Source: an uncultured Acidobacteriota bacterium (GTDB taxonomy: Bacteria; Acidobacteriota; Thermoanaerobaculia; Multivoradales; JAHEKO01). From it: a stretch of 64,000 bases of DNA. The position numbers and the translations under genes are program-made. The stretch is from assembly GCA_963713825.1 (NCBI GenBank), contig CAVQNG010000003.1:1280001-1344000 (forward strand), written 5' to 3'. Shown piece after piece: positions 8,064-17,666 of this stretch. Below the pieces are notes generated by a model. It was not told the DNA's origin and ran no database searches. It saw only the letters and a list, made by a program, of their open reading frames with translations. How positions within the stretch are numbered: position 1 is the first letter of the stretch; every line of letters begins with the position of its first letter.

Positions 8064-11060
8064 CTACTGAACTTCGGCACTCTCCAGACGGTCGATCGCT
8101 TGGGCGAACAACTCGCGTTGCGGCTCGGTGGGCGGGGCGTCGGTGCTTTCCAGGTCCGAGGCCAGTGAGGTCAATACCCTGGCAACGGATCGAACCTCAT
8201 CGTCGGCTTCGCCGCCAGCCTCCTCGGTCTGGGCCACCAGGGCTACCACCCTCTCCAGTGCAGCCGCAATCTCGTTCTGGAGCTCCAACAAGTTCGACAA
8301 CTCGGCCGAGGTGACCTCGACGCGTGGATCCATGGCCACCTCGAGCTTTTGCGAGACAGTCTGGCCGCCGGCTGTAAGCCGGACCTCATAGGTGCCAGGT
8401 AGCACGAAAGCGCCCTCGGGTCGGGCAGGCGTCGCCCGGCCGGGCACAGCGGCGATGGAGTAGCTCGAGCTGAGGGTCTGGGGCGCCGGGTAGCGCAGAT
8501 CCCAAACGAACCGATGGTGTCCAGGTCCCGTAGTTGGCGTTGGAGGTTCGCCTAGCCAGATGTCGGCGAAGTAGATGCGCGCATTGGGCGGCTCGATCTC
8601 GTCGTCGCTGCCGAAGCGCCTGACCAGCGTGCCCTTGGAGTCGAGAATCTCGAGAACCACAGGGCCGGTTCCGTTGGACGGCAGGATGTAGTCCAGGATT
8701 GCTCCTGCCGGCGGGTTTTCACCTGTCGGCTCCTCTGGGGGCAACGGCGTGTCCTTGTTTTGATTGAAGCGAAGGCGCCAGGCGGCAGAAGGCGGCACCA
8801 GGACTGGTTCATCCCCGAGGTCGGCGGCCGCCAGCCGCCGTAGGGGAGCCACGGCGTCCAGGACCCAGATCGCCCGACCTTCGGTGGCCACGATCACATC
8901 GTCCTCATGGACCAGAAGGTCGTTGATGCCGGTCGTTGGAAGATTGAGCTTCAGGCTTTGCCAGGTCTCGCCGTCGTCAAAAGAAACGTGGACCCCGCGA
9001 TTCGTGCCTGTGAAGAGCAGGCCCGCTTGCTCCGGGTCCTGCCGTATCGCACCGACCCATTCGTTGGGTGGCAGACCATTCCCGATCTCGGTCCAGGTGG
9101 CCCCAAAGTCGTGGGTGCGGTAGGCCATCGGCCTTGGGTCGTCGACTCGGTGACGATCGACAGCCACGTAGGCGGTCCCGGGGTCCGAGGCGGAGGCGTC
9201 GATGATGTTGACTTTGCTCCAATCGGGCAGGCTCGGCGGAGTGACGTCGCTCCAGGTGGCGCCGTCATCTCGTGTGAGCTGAATCCGGCCATTGGTTGTC
9301 CCTATCCAGATCAGGCCGTCCGCGGCCGGTGACGGGGCAATCGCGAAGATCACGCCGTAGCCGCACTCGGTGGCTCGCTCCATGGGGACGTCGCCATCGC
9401 AATCGCCGGCCTCTTCGACAGCTCCCGTCAGATCGGGACTGATGGTGTCCCAGCTGGCGCCTCCGTCGAGAGATCGGAACAGGACCTGAGCGCCGACGAA
9501 GATGGGGTGTGGTGAGCGCGGGGATATGGCCAAGGGTGTTATCCAGTCGTAGCGGTAGCGCGTCGTTCCGGGGCGTGCCGCATAGCTCGACAGCGGCCAA
9601 GGAGAGACGTTCTGTACCTGCCCGGTACGTCCGTTCCATTTGGAGACCCTGCCGCCCAGACCGGCGCCGTAGACAATGTCGGGATCGGCAGGATCGGGCA
9701 CATCACCATCTCGCTCGTCGCCGCCTACTGGGCTCCAATCGCGAAACGTGATCTGGCCATAGTCGCTGCGGCTGGCGATACCCACCGTGCCGCTGTCCTG
9801 TTGTCCGCTGTAGATGCGATAGGGGAATCGATTGTCCACGGCCAGGCGATAGAACTGTCCGGTCGGTTGGTTGTACCAACTACTCCAACTCTTGCCGCCG
9901 TTGAAGGTAACGACTGCGCCCTGGTCGGCGCCGGTGATCATGCGTTGGGAATCGGTGGGGTCGATCCACAGGGCGTGGTAGTCATCGCCGCCGGGTGAGC
10001 TACGGACGATCTGAAAAGTCGTGCCTCCGTCAGTGGAGCGGCGGAGGGGCTGTCCTCCCGCCCAGACCGTGTTGGAATCCGAGGGGCCGGGCAAGAGCCA
10101 GCCCATGTAGCTCCCCACCAGGCTGGAATCGTCGTTGACCAGTTCCCAGGTGACCCCACCGTCTTCGGAGCGATAGAGACCACCGCCATCGGCAAGCTCC
10201 AATCCTGCCCAGACCCGTTGGCCGTCAGTACCTGGCGCGACTGCCAGCTCGATGCGACTGGTTGGTTCTTCCGGCAATCCGGTGCCAGCCACTTTTGTCC
10301 AGGTGCGGCCGGCGTCGTCGGATCGGTAGATGCCACTATTCGGCCCGACTGTGGGCTGAAAGTAGTCCAGCCAAGGGTAGCGACGGACCTGCCAGAGAGA
10401 GGCGTAGAGAAGGTCTGGAAGCTCGGGTGTGCCAGCGATGTCAGCAGCCCCTGAATCGGCATCCAGATAGAGGACCTTGTCCCAGCTGTGACCACCATCC
10501 TCGGTGCGGAACAGTCCACGCTCTTCGTTGGGTCCGAAGACGTGTCCCAGGGCCGCGACGATGGCGGTGTCGGCGTTCCTGGGATCCACCCAGAGGGCTC
10601 CGATGTGTTTCGTATCCTCGAGCCCGAGATGCATCCAGGTCTCTCCACCGTCGGTGGAGCGGTAGACGCCGTCGCCATCGACAATGTCCCAGCGTTGATG
10701 GATCTGTCCGGTGCCGACCCAGATGACCTGCGGGTCGCTGGGCGCGATCGTCAAGGCGCCGATGGAGGCGCTCCCCTGGTCATCGAAGAGCGGCTGCCAC
10801 GTCGAGCCGGCGTCGGTAGTTCTCCATACGCCACCGTCAGCGCCGCCGAAGTAGTAGGTTGCCGGATCGCCTGGGATGCCGGCTACAGCTGTCGCCCAGC
10901 CGCCACGAAAAGGTCCGACGAGCCGCCAGCTGAGAGCGGAGTAGGCTGATTCGGGAACTGCCATCTGGGCGGCGACTGACGCCCCCGCACCGAGCATGGC
11001 CAGTCCTGAGATTGCAAGAATTGAGCTGATAGAGACGAACCTTCGACTGAGATCGATCAC
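8064..11060 (-). CDS. Secreted VPS10/BNR-repeat beta-propeller (glycosyl hydrolase-like) protein
   Basis: WRLVGPFRGG start, many S/T-x-D-x-G-x-T/S-W Asp-box repeats, NQPTGQFY and GQQDSG. GTG start after AGGAGG. Confidence 0.85.
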   Translation of the reverse strand: MIDLSRRFVSISSILAISGLAMLGAGASVAAQMAVPESAYSALSWRLVGPFRGGWATAVAGIPGDPATYYFGGADGGVWRTTDAGSTWQPLFDDQGSASIGALTIAPSDPQVIWVGTGQIHQRWDIVDGDGVYRSTDGGETWMHLGLEDTKHIGALWVDPRNADTAIVAALGHVFGPNEERGLFRTEDGGHSWDKVLYLDADSGAADIAGTPELPDLLYASLWQVRRYPWLDYFQPTVGPNSGIYRSDDAGRTWTKVAGTGLPEEPTSRIELAVAPGTDGQRVWAGLELADGGGLYRSEDGGVTWELVNDDSSLVGSYMGWLLPGPSDSNTVWAGGQPLRRSTDGGTTFQIVRSSPGGDDYHALWIDPTDSQRMITGADQGAVVTFNGGKSWSSWYNQPTGQFYRLAVDNRFPYRIYSGQQDSGTVGIASRSDYGQITFRDWSPVGGDERDGDVPDPADPDIVYGAGLGGRVSKWNGRTGQVQNVSPWPLSSYAARPGTTRYRYDWITPLAISPRSPHPIFVGAQVLFRSLDGGASWDTISPDLTGAVEEAGDCDGDVPMERATECGYGVIFAIAPSPAADGLIWIGTTNGRIQLTRDDGATWSDVTPPSLPDWSKVNIIDASASDPGTAYVAVDRHRVDDPRPMAYRTHDFGATWTEIGNGLPPNEWVGAIRQDPEQAGLLFTGTNRGVHVSFDDGETWQSLKLNLPTTGINDLLVHEDDVIVATEGRAIWVLDAVAPLRRLAAADLGDEPVLVPPSAAWRLRFNQNKDTPLPPEEPTGENPPAGAILDYILPSNGTGPVVLEILDSKGTLVRRFGSDDEIEPPNARIYFADIWLGEPPTPTTGPGHHRFVWDLRYPAPQTLSSSYSIAAVPGRATPARPEGAFVLPGTYEVRLTAGGQTVSQKLEVAMDPRVEVTSAELSNLLELQNEIAAALERVVALVAQTEEAGGEADDEVRSVARVLTSLASDLESTDAPPTEPQRELFAQAIDRLESAEVQ

Positions 11061-11302
11061 AGGGTACTCCCTCCTTGGTGTGATGATAGCTCTGCTGGAT
11101 TGCGATCCAGGCGGTGTTGGTTGATATGAGTGCCGAGAACCTGCGACCTTGGACGCACACACCTCACCTTAATTCGGGTTGAGAGGTTGGTCGGGCTGCT
11201 CTCGAGCGAACTCTGGGCCGTCGGTCAGACCAGGTGCCAGGGGAATTGCGAAGCGGACCAACGCACCTCGTTGTCTGGCAATCGAGGTCCTGTCGTCAGT
11301 AG

Positions 11303-12067
11303 CTACCAGCGTAGCCGGAGAAGCTCGTCGTGTGTGAGATGGACCTTGTTCCTCTTGGCGTTGACCAGCTGTGGCCGCTCGAACAGCTTGATGAGAGCCA
11401 GACCCGCAACGAAGCCACCGATGTGAGCCCAGAAGGCGACACCGCCACCTTCTGCTCCCAGGGCTCCCGCCCCTGACACCAATTGGATGACGAACCACTG
11501 GGCCAGGAGAACCCACGCCGGCAGCAGAAAGATCCGAATGTAGAAGACAAGAAAGATCAGCGTTTGAACCCTTACCTTGGGATAGAGCAGCAGATAGGCG
11601 CCCATGACGCCACTGATTGCACCAGAAGCTCCGACAGTGGGGACCGCACTGGCTGGGTCCGTCAGGATATGCGCGGCCGATGCGAGGATTCCACAGAGCA
11701 GGTAGAAAATCACGAATCGGATGTGGCCCATGGAGTCTTCGATGTTGTTGCCGAAGACCCAGAGAAACCACATGTTGCCGATCAGATGCATCCAGCTGCC
11801 GTGCATGAACATGGAAGTGAGGATGGTCATCCATCCCAGGCCTCCGACGGTGCAGGTTGCATCGGGACCCAGAGGAATCACGGCCCCCGGGTTGATGGAG
11901 CCCGTGATATCGGCCGGAATCGCTCCGAAAGTGCAAAGCGAGCTCAGGAATCCTTGCCCGCCACCTCCTTGCTGGACGACGACCCAGACCAGCACGTTGA
12001 TGGCGATGAAGATGAACGTGACGACCGGCGTGAGCTCGGTGGGGTTCTCGTCTCTGAGCGGAAACAT
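11303..12067 (-). CDS. Rhomboid family intramembrane serine protease
   Basis: SMFMHGSWMHLIGNM, GASGAISG (catalytic Ser), WAHIGG (catalytic His); several TM helices. Confidence 0.93.
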   Translation of the reverse strand: MFPLRDENPTELTPVVTFIFIAINVLVWVVVQQGGGGQGFLSSLCTFGAIPADITGSINPGAVIPLGPDATCTVGGLGWMTILTSMFMHGSWMHLIGNMWFLWVFGNNIEDSMGHIRFVIFYLLCGILASAAHILTDPASAVPTVGASGAISGVMGAYLLLYPKVRVQTLIFLVFYIRIFLLPAWVLLAQWFVIQLVSGAGALGAEGGGVAFWAHIGGFVAGLALIKLFERPQLVNAKRNKVHLTHDELLRLRW

Positions 12068-12139
12068 CGGAGCTCAGATTCTACAGGAAGGTCCACGAGT
12101 CGGTGACCGACGACGGTGGGCCTGACAACAGCGATCTGG

Positions 12140-13480
12140 CTAGAATGCTTGCCCCGCCATTGCCCAGATGTGGAATCCTTCTTCGGAGTACGCAGCGTCT
12201 CCTCTAACGACGACCTTGGCGGTCATAAGGCGCAAGCCAAGACCCACATCCCACTTCATATCGGAGTGAAGCTCTGTCAGGTTCCAGTGGTCGGCAACGC
12301 GTCCGACCTCGGCGAAGGGTACCCACTGCCACCAATCGACCTGGAGCCAGCGCAGCCAAGCGATGCTCCCCAGGGGATTCCATTCTGGGATCACCCGGTA
12401 CTCGAGAGCGTAGTAGACGGCCGACTTGTCGCTGAAGCGATATTGCGGGAAGCCTCGCATCCGCAGGTAGCCACCGAGAGTCGGGCCCAGATAGGGAGGA
12501 GGTCGGTGGTCATAGACCGTGCCTTCGTCGGTTTCCTGTTCTTCCCAGGTCGGACTGTCAGCGGTCCAGAAATTGAACGCCAGAACCCGCTGCCGGGTCA
12601 GCCGCGACGAGCCCAGGAAGAAGTACTTGCTGAACTTGCCGTCCATCGACGTCCAGGAGCTCGTGCTGCCGAACTGGCCGAAGTCCCGCACCAGCCTGAA
12701 TGTCGTTGTGGTGCCGCGCGAGGGGTTGGGCGAAAAGTCCCTGTTGTCGTGCAGTACTGAGAAGGCCAGGCCGTTCGTTCTCCCCATCTCGTCACTGCCG
12801 GGAATGTCGAATGTCCGCTGGATCATGAAGGGCTCGAACTGCAGTAGGGTTCGACCGCTCCGCAACGGATTCCAGCTCTCGGCACCTGTGGCACCTGAAG
12901 CCAGGAGTCCACGATCGAGAACGTAGGTGGCGATCGCCGACTGCCGGGAGTGTCCGATGGGCAGTACGTACTTGAAGTTGGTAATCAGCCAATCATGCTT
13001 CCCTTGGCCGCTGATGAAATCGTTGGGGTCGGAGTCGTTGGAGCCCGCTCGGCTGTTGGGATAGTCCGGGTTGCCGTCGACGTAGGCACGCTGATCCGTG
13101 TACCGCCCCAATGAGGCGCTGATATCGAGAAAGAGGCGCCTTCCGGCGGGAATCTGGAAGCTGGTGCCGACGAAATAGAGACCCCAGGATCTGTTGGTGG
13201 TGCCGAGAACAGCGCTGAAGAGGCTCGATTGTTCTTGAGGCCACGCCGAAGCTCCGAGAGCGGCGCCCATTGCAACATCGAGAGTCTCCGTGGCGAAGAT
13301 GTAGGGCAGGATGAGCTTGCGGGACTCGACCTGACCGGTGTCGCCCACCTCGCGCAGGATGGCTGGAGGTTGGGTCAAGTCACTCCCCGAGGAGGGCTGT
13401 GAGGCAGCCAAGAGGCCGAGGAGCAGGAGAAGAGACCTGGCGCCGGAGTTCATGTAGGAGACCCTGTTCATTCTGACCAC
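12140..13480 (-). CDS. BamA/TamA (Omp85)-like outer-membrane beta-barrel protein
   Basis: Signal peptide; DNRDFSPNPSRG, LGG..RMRGF...RF, alternating beta-strand pattern, terminal GQAF. No obvious POTRA domains. Confidence 0.75.
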   Translation of the reverse strand: MVRMNRVSYMNSGARSLLLLLGLLAASQPSSGSDLTQPPAILREVGDTGQVESRKLILPYIFATETLDVAMGAALGASAWPQEQSSLFSAVLGTTNRSWGLYFVGTSFQIPAGRRLFLDISASLGRYTDQRAYVDGNPDYPNSRAGSNDSDPNDFISGQGKHDWLITNFKYVLPIGHSRQSAIATYVLDRGLLASGATGAESWNPLRSGRTLLQFEPFMIQRTFDIPGSDEMGRTNGLAFSVLHDNRDFSPNPSRGTTTTFRLVRDFGQFGSTSSWTSMDGKFSKYFFLGSSRLTRQRVLAFNFWTADSPTWEEQETDEGTVYDHRPPPYLGPTLGGYLRMRGFPQYRFSDKSAVYYALEYRVIPEWNPLGSIAWLRWLQVDWWQWVPFAEVGRVADHWNLTELHSDMKWDVGLGLRLMTAKVVVRGDAAYSEEGFHIWAMAGQAF

Positions 13481-13566
13481 CCAGAGTATGGGCTGGATCG
13501 ATGCGAAGCTCGTATGGTGTCGGATTGAGAAGGGGATTTCAACGGCACGAGGCCCGAGTCGGGTCT

Positions 13567-14163
13567 TCAGAGCCCGATCCCGAAACCGACCCGAAACACC
13601 CAGGGCTCATCGTAGGGGTTGGGGCCACCGCTGTTGTAATTGACGTCGTAGAGGAGAGCGATGTAGGTGGCCGCTCGTGGACCCATGCTGAGGGCGAATC
13701 CCGGACCGACCAGGATCCCGGTGTGGGTGGCATCGATCTGGGTCAAGTCGTCTTGGAACGGGTCGTAGTACTCCCAGGACAGGTGCTCAACCCCCAGCTG
13801 CAGGAAGATGGGTGCGTACACGAAGTAGCGACCGAAGAGTGAACCGCCCAGGTCAGTCGAGGTCAAGTCGGGGTCGAAGCGCTTGTCGTTGCGGTACCGG
13901 TAGACGAGGCTTCCTCCCAGCTGGATCTTGGGTGTAACTTGGAATCCGATCTCGGGAGCCATCTCGACGCTGTCGACTGCGCTGCTCGACGAAGCTCCGA
14001 GCCATCCGCCCACGTGCATTCGGTTTCGCAATGGCTTTCGGTGTTGGTACGGTGGTGGAGGGGAGGGTTCGGCCTCTTCCGCAGTCTCAGGGGCGCCTTC
14101 TTGCTGGGCCAGGACCGGAACCGAAAAGAGGCAGATCAGGACAGGAACGACGAATTTATTCAT
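13567..14163 (-). CDS. Hypothetical outer-membrane beta-barrel protein
   Basis: Signal peptide MNKFVVPVLICLFSVPVLA; amphipathic strands; ends FRVGFGIGL. Confidence 0.6.
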   Translation of the reverse strand: MNKFVVPVLICLFSVPVLAQQEGAPETAEEAEPSPPPPYQHRKPLRNRMHVGGWLGASSSSAVDSVEMAPEIGFQVTPKIQLGGSLVYRYRNDKRFDPDLTSTDLGGSLFGRYFVYAPIFLQLGVEHLSWEYYDPFQDDLTQIDATHTGILVGPGFALSMGPRAATYIALLYDVNYNSGGPNPYDEPWVFRVGFGIGL

Positions 14164-14320
14164 GGTGGGCGTGTTCTCTTTCCGGAAGACAAGATATGCG
14201 CGGCCATCGACAGGTTGTTGCGCTGCAACTTTGAGAGCCCGAGAGCGTAACCTCCTCTGGAGCAATCGAAGGAGTGGAAGTGCGACTCGCCGCTGAAATC
14301 CGCTTCCACTGCAGATTGTC

Positions 14321-16372
14321 ATGATCTCCCTTGGTCGAATACTGAAGCTCGCGACGGTTGCCATCGTCCTGTTTATTGGACAGCCGGTGAGCGCGCAGTT
14401 GTCCGAAGGCTGGACGGAAGTCGTCGTTCTCGACAGAGCCTGTCCAGAGTGTTCGGTCGTTCTGGCGAGAGATTGGCGCTATCACCCTGGTGACGATCCC
14501 TCTTGGGCCGAGCCAGACTTCGATGACACAGAGTGGGCTCTCGTCCTCCCTTCTCTTCGTAATACCGAAGCCATGCCTGGTGGATGGCCTGGAATTGGCT
14601 GGTTTCGACGCAAGATTCGGACCAGCGAGGAGTTCGGCAACACTGTCGGGATCCATGTCGCTCAGGCTGGTGCGTCCGAGATCTACCTCGACGGTCGCAA
14701 GGTGGCTGAATTCGGCACGGTGTCGACGGATCCGGACGAAGAGAAGCCTTTCCTCCCGCAGTACGTCTCGACAATCACGCTGGATCCGGGTGTCGACCAC
14801 CTTCTGGCCGTCCGCTATTCGAACGTCACGGGCAACGTCTTCCAGAGAGATTTCCAGGGATTCGAGATCACGGCGGGAGAGACCCAAAGTCTCTCCGCGT
14901 TTCGACTCCGGTTGGTCAGGCAATACACAACCGTCATGGCGACGGCCCTGGGGGTATTCGGAGCCTTCACTCTCCTGCACCTGCTGCTCTTCGCGTTCCA
15001 GCCAAAAGGTACCGAGAACCTGTATCTCGCCATCCTCACCGGATCGATGGTGGGAATGTTGCTGGCCGAACTGCAGATGGGCACGATCGGTGATCTGGGG
15101 AGGGTCCTCGTCTATTACAAGTGGTTTCTGACGGGTGTGGTGACGATGGGGATGTCAGCCCTGCTGGTGGAGCACAGGGTGTTCAAGCAGCGGCTGAGTC
15201 CGACCTTCTACGTTCTGGCCGCTGCGGCGGTGGGGATTCTGTTTTGGGTTTGGACCCGCCCGGCTTTTGGTGGCAACGTGCCAACGGCCATCTTCATCGC
15301 CGCTGTGTACCTGGTGACTCTCTGGTGGGCGATTCTCGCCTTGGTGGATCGGCAGCCCGATGCGTGGGTCATCGGTCTGGGTCTGCTTGTCGTGACTCTG
15401 TGTGTCTTTGCCATTCTGCTTCGCCAGGCCGGGTGGCTAGAGGTTCCACATGAGCTGACCGCCCTCTTGGGAGTCGGTTCACTGGCGCTGTCCTTCTCCG
15501 TCTATTTGACCCGGAGGATTGCGAGTACGAATCGCGAGCTCGAATCGAGGCTTCAGGAGATCGACGTGCTGACGGAAAGGGCGATCGATCAGGAGCGACG
15601 GGTGGCGCGAGAGGAAGCCGATCGTCGCTTGCTGGAGGCTGACAACGACCGCAAGACGGCGGAGTTGGAGGAGGCACGACAGCTGCAATTGGCGATGCTT
15701 CCGAAGCAGGTGCCGGATCTCGAGGGCTTTCGAATTGCTGTTCACATGAGCACGGCCAACGAGGTGGGAGGCGACTACTATGACTTCCACACGAATGGGA
15801 ATGGCTCGTGCACGTTGGTGATGGGCGATGCGACAGGGCATGGGCTGCATGCTGGAATGGTGGTGGGCGTTGCCAAGAGCCTGTTCCAGACGTGTGGGCA
15901 GGAGCCGAATCTGGCCGCGGCCCTGGGGCGAATTGGCGAGGGCCTGAGTAGCATGCATCGGCGACAGGCGAGCATGGCGATGTTGCTGGCTCGGCTCGAG
16001 GGGCATCGGGTGCGGCTTGCGTCTGCCGGGATGCCGCCCGTGCTTGTCTGGCGCCAAGCGAACGGGTTGGTGGAAGAGGTGATGCTGCCGAGCGTCCCGC
16101 TTGCGACTTTGGCAGACGTGCGGTTCCAGGAGACGGAGATCGACCTTCGAGTAGGCGATTCGGTTCTGTTGATGACCGACGGCCTGGCAGAGGTGGCGAA
16201 CCCGGACGGCGACCCCCTCGGTTACGATCGTGCCACCCGTTTTTTTGCCGAGTCGGCGGATCTCGAGCCCGAGTCGGCCATCGAGCGCCTGCTGGAGTTG
16301 GCGGCGGAGTACAACGAAGGAACCCCGCTGCAGGATGACATGACCCTGATGGTCCTGAAAGTCCAACCCTAG
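14321..16372 (+). CDS. Membrane sensor PP2C/SpoIIE-family phosphatase (extracellular sugar-binding-like domain, multi-TM region, coiled coil)
   Basis: WRYHPGDD and GIGWFR in the N-domain; multiple TM helices; GGDYYDF, GDATGHG, MTDGL and DDMT catalytic motifs. Confidence 0.88.
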   Translation: MISLGRILKLATVAIVLFIGQPVSAQLSEGWTEVVVLDRACPECSVVLARDWRYHPGDDPSWAEPDFDDTEWALVLPSLRNTEAMPGGWPGIGWFRRKIRTSEEFGNTVGIHVAQAGASEIYLDGRKVAEFGTVSTDPDEEKPFLPQYVSTITLDPGVDHLLAVRYSNVTGNVFQRDFQGFEITAGETQSLSAFRLRLVRQYTTVMATALGVFGAFTLLHLLLFAFQPKGTENLYLAILTGSMVGMLLAELQMGTIGDLGRVLVYYKWFLTGVVTMGMSALLVEHRVFKQRLSPTFYVLAAAAVGILFWVWTRPAFGGNVPTAIFIAAVYLVTLWWAILALVDRQPDAWVIGLGLLVVTLCVFAILLRQAGWLEVPHELTALLGVGSLALSFSVYLTRRIASTNRELESRLQEIDVLTERAIDQERRVAREEADRRLLEADNDRKTAELEEARQLQLAMLPKQVPDLEGFRIAVHMSTANEVGGDYYDFHTNGNGSCTLVMGDATGHGLHAGMVVGVAKSLFQTCGQEPNLAAALGRIGEGLSSMHRRQASMAMLLARLEGHRVRLASAGMPPVLVWRQANGLVEEVMLPSVPLATLADVRFQETEIDLRVGDSVLLMTDGLAEVANPDGDPLGYDRATRFFAESADLEPESAIERLLELAAEYNEGTPLQDDMTLMVLKVQP

Positions 16373-16425
16373 GTGCCAGCCACTTTCTTGAAAGGTTCTC
16401 TCCTGCCATTCCGTCTCTTGTTGGT

Positions 16426-17361
16426 ATGGGACGACGTCTTCGCTTCATACCACCGGGTGGCTGCCTCGTCGAGGTCACCAATCGTACAATTCAAGGCCGC
16501 TTTCTTCTGAGGCCAAGCACTGAGCTCAATGAGTTGGTCGTGGGCGTCCTAGGGAGAGCCCAGCGGCTCTACGGTGTCGAGATTCACGCCTGTATCGTGC
16601 TCTCGAACCACTTTCATATGCTCATGACGGTACGGTCTGCGTTCCAGTTGGCGCAATTTATGGCCTATTTCCAGGGGAATTTGGCGAAGGAGGCTGGGAG
16701 GCTTCATAGGTGGCGAGGCCCTTTCTGGCATCGCCGATATCAGCATGTTCTGGTCAGCGACGAGGAGGTAGCCCAGGTGAGCCGGTTACGGTATCTCCTG
16801 GAGAATGGATGCAAAGAGGGTCTGGTGTCGAGCCCAATCGAGTGGCCTGGTGTGAGCTCAGTTCAGAGTCTCCTCGGCGGACAGGCGCTCAGAGGTGTGT
16901 GGATCGATCGAACTCGAGAGCGTCAGGCATCTGTCGGATTGGACGCTGAGGCTGGCGTTCAGTTTCAGGAAGACGAGGTGGTGGACTTGAACCCCCTACC
17001 CTGCTGGGAGGGGCAGGAACCAGGTGCGGTCCGCGAGCGAGTGCATGAACTGGTAGCCGAAATAGAAAGCGAGACTGAGTCTCGTCATCGGGCAGACAGC
17101 ACGAGGCCCATTGGGGCTCGACAAGTGAGCCTCCAGGATCCGCACGAGAAACCGTCACATTCCAAGTGGTCTCCCGCTCCCATGTTCCACTGTTCCTCGA
17201 AGGAGGCCCGCGGCCTGCTATGGGACGCGTACGTGGCCTTCTGCGATATGTATCGGAGTATGGCGGAAAGATGGCGAACAGTCGGCTTCAGGCCAGGCTT
17301 CCCTGATGGAGCCTTCCCGCCACCCTTTCCTTCCCATTGCCTCTATCAGATTCTTGAATAG
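16426..17361 (+). mobile_element. HUH Y1 transposase, REP-associated tyrosine transposase (RAYT)-like
   Basis: EVTNR, SNHFHML (HUH), FWHRRY, LRYLLEN and P.EWPG.S motifs; C-terminal FP.GAFPPP. Flanked by inverted AGGTGCCA motifs at 16371 and 17590-17597. Confidence 0.85.
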
Positions 17362-17666
17362 GCAGCTTCGTACTTCCCAGTAGGCCAATTGAGCCCTGAA
17401 ATTGGGCGGCAGGTGATGCTGTGCGCAGCTGTCTGAGAGACGCCGAGTCTATGGTACTTGGAAAAGCGTGAAGGCTATCCTGGGCTCGAAATCGACGAGA
17501 GTAAAGCCCAGGTCGAGACGGTTTGCTGAGGGAGGGGAGTTGGCACAAAGAAAAGTGCCAGTCGATCTCTGGGCGACCAGGAATACGGGTGGCACCTTGA
17601 CCAAGGGGTCGCATTCCATAGTGCTTCCAGTCGCTTCTGTGATATTCGAGTGCCGAGGTGTGATCC

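Noticed and set aside
11303-12067. Rhomboid as the processing enzyme for the C-terminal tag
   Set aside because: Rhombosortase substrates have a C-terminal TM helix and the tag has none; this looks like a generic rhomboid.
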